Origin: Octopus bimaculoides
Lineage: Eukaryota
NCBI RefSeq assembly: GCF_001194135.2
Contig: NC_068983.1
Span: forward strand, 4,819,756-4,860,482
Direction: 5' to 3'
DNA: 40,727 nucleotides
Below the pieces are notes generated by a model. It was not told the origin of the DNA, searched no databases, and worked only from the letters and a program-made list of their open reading frames with translations. The position numbers were made by a program, and so were the translations under genes. Of the stretch, positions 36,241 through 40,727 are shown one piece after another; within the stretch, counting starts at the first letter, position 1, and every line of letters starts with the position of its first letter.

Positions 36241-37319
36241 CCACCGCCTCTCACGTATTGCTCTCTTTATCTCACTCTGACTCACCTTCCTTTCTTTTCC
36301 AACTGGGGCATCCATGTATCTACTATACAGCAGAACAACCACAAGGCTTTGGTCAGTCCGAGGCTATAGTAGAAGACACTTGCCCAAGGTGCCAGGCAGT
36401 GGGACTGAACCTGGAACCAAGTGGTTAGGAAGCAAGCTTCTTACCACACAACCACACTTGCAGTAAGCAAAATGCTTAAGAAGTTCACTTTGCAGTCATG
36501 AGGCCCTGGGTTTGAGCCTTCTCAGTGGCATCTTGAGCATATCGTGTCATGCTGATTCACACTTAGGAACACTCAGCCACTTACATATTAATTCAGTTAA
36601 TCAACCAAATGAATCCTAACTGAATGACAAAACCATCCATCATTACCTTAATATATATATATATATGTATATTTATATATGTCATCATCATTATCATTTA
36701 ATGTCCGCTTTCCATGCTGGCATGGGTTGGACGGTTTGACTGGGGACTGGCAAGCCAGGAGCCCACACCAAGCTCCAATTTGATCTGGCAGTGTTTCTAC
36801 AGCTGGATGCCCTTCCTAACACCAACCACTCCAAGAGTGTAGTGGGTTCATTTTAGGTGCCACCAACATGGGAGCCAGTCAGGCGGCACTGGCATCAGCC
36901 ACGTTTGAATGATTCTTTTTATGTGCCAGTCAGGTGGCACTGGCATCGACCACACTAAAATAGTGTCCTCCTATCATTCTAATCTCTCATCAATTGGCAC
37001 AAAGCCATCCTCCTAACCCTCACGACTACCCCGCCCTCTTAACTGAGAGAGTTTTTGTCTTGCAAGTTACTTGGTGAACTTGTCAGTGTTGGTGTCGTGT
37101 AAAAAGCACCCAGTAAACCCTGTAAAGTGGTTAGCGATAGGAAGGGCATTCTGCCATAGAAACCATGCCAATATAGACAATTGGAGCCTGGTGCAGCTTC
37201 TGTCAAACTCTCCAAACCAAAACAGCATGGAAACAGACATTAAATTACGACAACGATGACATCAGCGGTGGCTGCCACCATCATCATCATCACCATCCTC
37301 CTCATCATCCCTATTGTTC

Positions 37320-37592
37320 AGTTCTATATTTAAGAGATGAGGAATTATGTATAGTATTTACATTAGACAGATATTTGTCCTTATCTTAGTGGTTAAGAGC
37401 AGCGTGGGCTACTAACCCCAAGACTCCAAGTTTGATTCCAAGCAGTGACCTGAACAACAACATCTAAAAATACGTTAGGAATGAGAACCCAGGTTCGAAA
37501 TTTCCCCAAGACACCTGATGAAGGCTGGAGGGTATATCAGCCGAAACATTGTGTTAACAAGAAACAAGATGAGGACAAATTTCCATCAAATG
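37320..37592 (+). mobile_element. Family E element with a 5' inverted tail fragment
   Basis: Reverse-complement tail end at ~37320-37387, a head truncated within the A box (agtggttaagagc...), then the forward tail with the hammerhead motif. Confidence 0.78.
37510..37555 (+). ncRNA. Hammerhead motif copy (ACGT changed to ACAT)
   Basis: GACAC CTGATGA A GGCTG gagggtatat CAGCC GAAA CAT T GTGTT. Confidence 0.5.
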
Positions 37593-37846
37593 TAAATAAT
37601 ATTCCTATTGTTGTTGTTATTTATGTCATAACAAATGATTAGTTACGAAAGATCTTAAATTGATACGCAGCAGAAATGATAAATAATCAAAGAAATTAAC
37701 ATTAAATTACAGCAAAAATAAATAAATAACAGTCACCTCAATTTGTGCAGATTAGGAGAGATTTGTACTCCAAATATTCCCAGGAGATTAACTCTCCATA
37801 ACCAAGAAGTTGTTACACTCACTGTCAACAATGGAGTACACTTAAA

Positions 37847-38050
37847 AAGCACCATTCGAGCAGGATTGTTGCCAGTGTAGCCTCACTGGCTCCTGCGCTG
37901 GTGGTACGTAAAAAACACCCTTCGAGTGTGGTCGTTGCCAGTGTAGCCTGACTGGCTCCTGAGCAGGTGGCACATAAATAGCACCATTTGAGTGTAGTCG
38001 ATGCCAGTACTGCCTGACTGGTCCTCATGCCAGTGGCACGTAAAAGCACC
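37847..38050 (+). repeat. 66-bp tandem repeat (3 copies) at the 5' side of a family A element
   Basis: gccagt(g/a) anchors at 37871, 37937 and 38003. Confidence 0.85.
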
Positions 38051-38451
38051 CACTACACTCTTGGAGTGGTTGGTGTTAGGAAGGGCACCCAGCTGTAGAA
38101 ATTTTGCCAGATCAGATTGGAGCCTGGTGCAGCCTTCTGGCTCACCAGTCGTCAGTCAAACCGTCCAACCCATGCCAGCATAGAAAGCAGACGTTAAACA
38201 GCAATGATGATGATGATGTCTTCAGGTGAGTCCTGATCAAAAATACAGTTAGTCCTCCTTGTACCCTATTTAATAGATGTTGACACCCAATGTCTTTTTC
38301 TAGACAGACAATGCATTTGATGTCCCTAGCTGAGTTGGGGTTGACTTCAATTCGAAACCAAAAACTATGCCATGGAATCAGTTCTTCAGAAATCCTATTT
38401 CTATAATCCTCATTAAAATGATAGAATGATAAGAGGAAATTACATCCTTAC

Positions 38452-38483
38452 CTTTGCGGTTGCCCATGAACATGGCAGCAGTT
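38452..38483 (-). CDS. EMC1: EMC1 32-nt microexon
   Basis: ttttgcag/gtaagg. Encodes TAAMFMGNRK; needed to reconcile the phase-2 upstream and phase-1 downstream junctions. Confidence 0.82.
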
Positions 38484-39045
38484 CTGCAAAATAACAAACA
38501 TACAAAATAAACAAACAATATAGACACAGGTGCACATGCATGCATCTATGTGTACAAAGATTCCTTTTTATGCTTGTTTTTTTTCTATGCTAGCAGGATT
38601 CAGACAAATGATGGATGTTTTTACAGCTGGATACCCTTCCTGTCATTAACCCTTATCTTTTCTCAAGAAAGGGATAAATATATTTTAATCTTATCTTTTA
38701 CTTGTTTCAGTCATTAGACTGTAACCATACTGGGGCACGGGAATTTTAGTTGAATGAATCAATCACAGTACGTTTTTTGTGTCAGGCACTTATTTTATTC
38801 ATTTCTATTGCCAAACTGCTAAGTTACAGAGACATAAACAAACCAACACCAGTCATCAAGCAGTGGTGGGAGACAAACACAGACACAAAGGCACACACAC
38901 ACATACAATGGGCTTCTTTCAGATTCAGTCTACCAAATCCACTCACAAAGCTTTGGTCAGTCCAAGGCTATAGTAGAAGGCACTTGCCTATCTATCTATA
39001 TAGATAGATATCTATCTATCTATCTATATATATATATATATATAT

Positions 39046-39162
39046 NNNNNNNNNNNNNNNNNNNNNNNNNNNNNNNNNNNNNNNNNNNNNNNNNNNNNNN
39101 NNNNNNNNNNNNNNNNNNNNNNNNNNNNNNNNNNNNNNNNNNNNNNNNNNNNNNNNNNNNNN
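39046..39162. other. Assembly gap (117 N)
   Basis: Run of N following a (TATC)n/(TA)n microsatellite. Confidence 1.
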
Positions 39163-39210
39163 CGTCATTATTTACATTTGACGGATATTGTCCTCATCTT
39201 GTTTGTTGTT

Positions 39211-39256
39211 AACACAACATTTCAGCTAATATACCCTCTAGCCTTCATCACGTGTC
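39211..39256 (-). ncRNA. Degenerate hammerhead motif copy
   Basis: Minus strand reads GACAC GTGATGA A GGCTA gagggtatat TAGCT GAAA TGT T GTGTT; core C3 is mutated. Confidence 0.4.
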
Positions 39257-39425
39257 TTGGGGAAATTTCGAACCTGGGTTACCACTCCTAAAGTATTTTT
39301 CAATGTTATTATTATTCAGGTCACTACCTGGAATCGAACTCGGAATCTTGGGGTTAGTAGCCTGTGCTCGTAACCACTACACCATATGCCCGTGGAATGA
39401 GAACTCAGGTTCGAAATTTCCCCAA

Positions 39426-39471
39426 GACACCTGATGAAGGCTGGAGGGTATATCAGCCGAAACGTTGTGTT
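39426..39471 (+). ncRNA. Minimal type I hammerhead ribozyme motif (consensus-like copy)
   Basis: GACAC-CTGATGA-A-GGCTG-gagggtatat-CAGCC-GAAA-CGT-T-GTGTT. Core CUGAUGA/GAAA, 5-bp stem II, 5-bp stem I (GACAC/GTGTT), and a palindromic ACGT in place of helix III. Confidence 0.7.
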
Positions 39472-39802
39472 AACAACAAGATGAGGACAAATATCCATCA
39501 AATATAAATAATGTAAATAATTCCTCATCTCTTAAATATAGAACAGTAAGAGGTCCTTGTCTTGCGATCTCGTAGGTGCTGGTGCCATGTAAAAGCACCC
39601 AGTACACTCTGTGAAGTGGTTGACTTTAGGATGGGCACCTAGCTGTAGAAACCATACCAAAACAGACAATAGAGCCTGGTACAGCTCCTGTCAAACCATC
39701 CCACCCATGCCAGCACGGAAAACAGACATTAAATGATGATGATGATGATGATGATGATGTGAATTTCTAAGAAGGAATATCAAGATTTTGCAGTATCCTT
39801 AC

Positions 39803-39905
39803 CTCGAAGTTGGTTGAGCACTGAGTACCACTTCCCACTGCATGAAACCAGAAGTCGCAACCCAGGACCGAACTATTTTGCCATTTCCAGAGACACTCAC
39901 CAAGG
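39803..39905 (-). CDS. EMC1: EMC1 coding exon
   Basis: attctag/gtaagg. Encodes LVSVSGNGKIVRSWVATSGFMQWEVVLSAQPTS(R) (human VITVSNGGRIMRSW...LNWE). Confidence 0.93.
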
Positions 39906-40102
39906 CTAGAATTGAGAAGAGAAAACAGGATAAACAATTGCAATAAAAGGGAAAATCTGAAGATGTTTTTTTTTTTTAATCAGTTAAGTAAATCAATAAT
40001 TAAACTACTTGCCAGGAAAGGAATGTGTATCTCATACCTGAAAGGAAAGGGACTACGCATCCATCCTTTATGGCCTTTTAGAGAGATTATAAATCTGTTT
40101 AA

Positions 40103-40315
40103 CCCTTTAGCATTTAAAATAACCATATCAGGTCTAAATATCCTGTTTTATGTTGAGAGTGGCCAGATCTGGCCCCTCACACTTACCTATGATGCCATTC
40201 TAAAAATAAACAATCACATTATCAAAATCTTGAAGATATGGGATAATGCAAGATTAATTGAAAACTGTGAATAAATAAGGATTACATTTAACAGATTAAT
40301 CTGAATGCCAAAGGG
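40103..40315 (+). mobile_element. piggyBac-like MITE (family F); related copies at ~24643-24858, ~24890-25061 and ~33396-33800 (minus)
   Basis: TTAA|CCCTTTAGCAT...ATGC(T/C)AAAGGG|TTAA ends. A TTAA target and CCCT-starting TIRs are piggyBac hallmarks. Confidence 0.75.
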
Positions 40316-40641
40316 ATAAAGATATTCAGATTATAGGTCAGGTGGATCATGACTGACTGGGATTAACCCTTTCAGTACCAACCCGGCTGAAACCGGTTCT
40401 GGCTCTGTTGTACAAATGTCTTGTTTGCATAATTTTTTAATTGAAATCTTCCACCAAACCTTAGTCACAATTTATGTTCCTAACACAAGCTTAATGATAA
40501 CTAAGTTATTTTACTAAAGGAGGATTAGAGACAGAGAGAGAGAAGGGATGGAGGTAGAAGATTATAGGCAGAGAAAGAAAAGAAACAAAGAAAGGAAGAG
40601 AGAGAAAATTAAAAAAGAGAAAAACAATTAAAAGACCAAAC

Positions 40642-40707
40642 CGTTTCCATGATGAAGAAGATTATTTATCCTTCCTCGTTCTCCTTCTTCAAATATCTGT
40701 CGCCAAG
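40642..40707 (-). CDS. EMC1: EMC1 most 5' exon in the window (gene continues beyond the window)
   Basis: ttttgcag/gtttgg. Encodes WRQIFEEGERGRINNLLHHGN (human LWRHVDK...MLLHGQ). Confidence 0.88.
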
Positions 40708-40727
40708 CTGCAAAACAAAACGAAAGA

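Larger units (their letters stand above)
39163..39545 (-). mobile_element. Family E element with an inverted second tail copy
   Basis: Minus-strand head (A box 39374-39384, B box 39330-39341) with its tail to the left, and a plus-strand tail copy at ~39395-39545. Confidence 0.78.

Noticed and set aside
38988-39045. Palindromic TATC/GATA arrangement
   Set aside because: Low-complexity microsatellite at a contig edge; likely slippage or an assembly artefact.
39325-39390. Functional tRNA gene
   Set aside because: A and B boxes are present, but there is no complete acceptor stem and the head is fused to a repeat tail. This is a SINE head, as are the family B and D heads.
469-40274. Most short ORFs in the supplied track (e.g. 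469-780, 2587-2917, 28675-29163, 34059-34448, 39912-40274)
   Set aside because: They are translations of SINE, MITE or microsatellite sequence and recur with similar peptides at each repeat copy.

Overview
AT-rich, repeat-dense animal genomic DNA. The SINE/RTE repeat content resembles octopus/cephalopod sequence (inference, not verified by search). Two convergent multi-exon genes were reconstructed by hand with phase-compatible GT-AG junctions. SDR39U1 (+) has 5 coding exons from 1740 to 7648; its short first exon was not located. EMC1 (-) has 23 coding exons from 40707 down to 10792, about 912 codons, and its N-terminus lies beyond the window end. Introns hold an RTE-tailed repeat family, three tRNA-headed SINE families, decayed RTE LINE fragments, piggyBac-, hAT- and Tigger-like MITEs, microsatellites and two N gaps. 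Most of the supplied ORF track is spurious repeat translation. The most striking observation is a tRNA-headed SINE-like family carrying a minimal type I hammerhead-ribozyme motif of the kind found in Penelope-like elements. It has 5 motif copies, and two loci show a Penelope-style inverted terminal copy. Also notable are an orphan ~220-codon ORF with Myb/SANT-like and CCCH-like motifs between the gene 3' ends, an intron packed with GGTCA/CTGACC motifs, and repeated retro-insertion at TAATAAT sites within MITEs.
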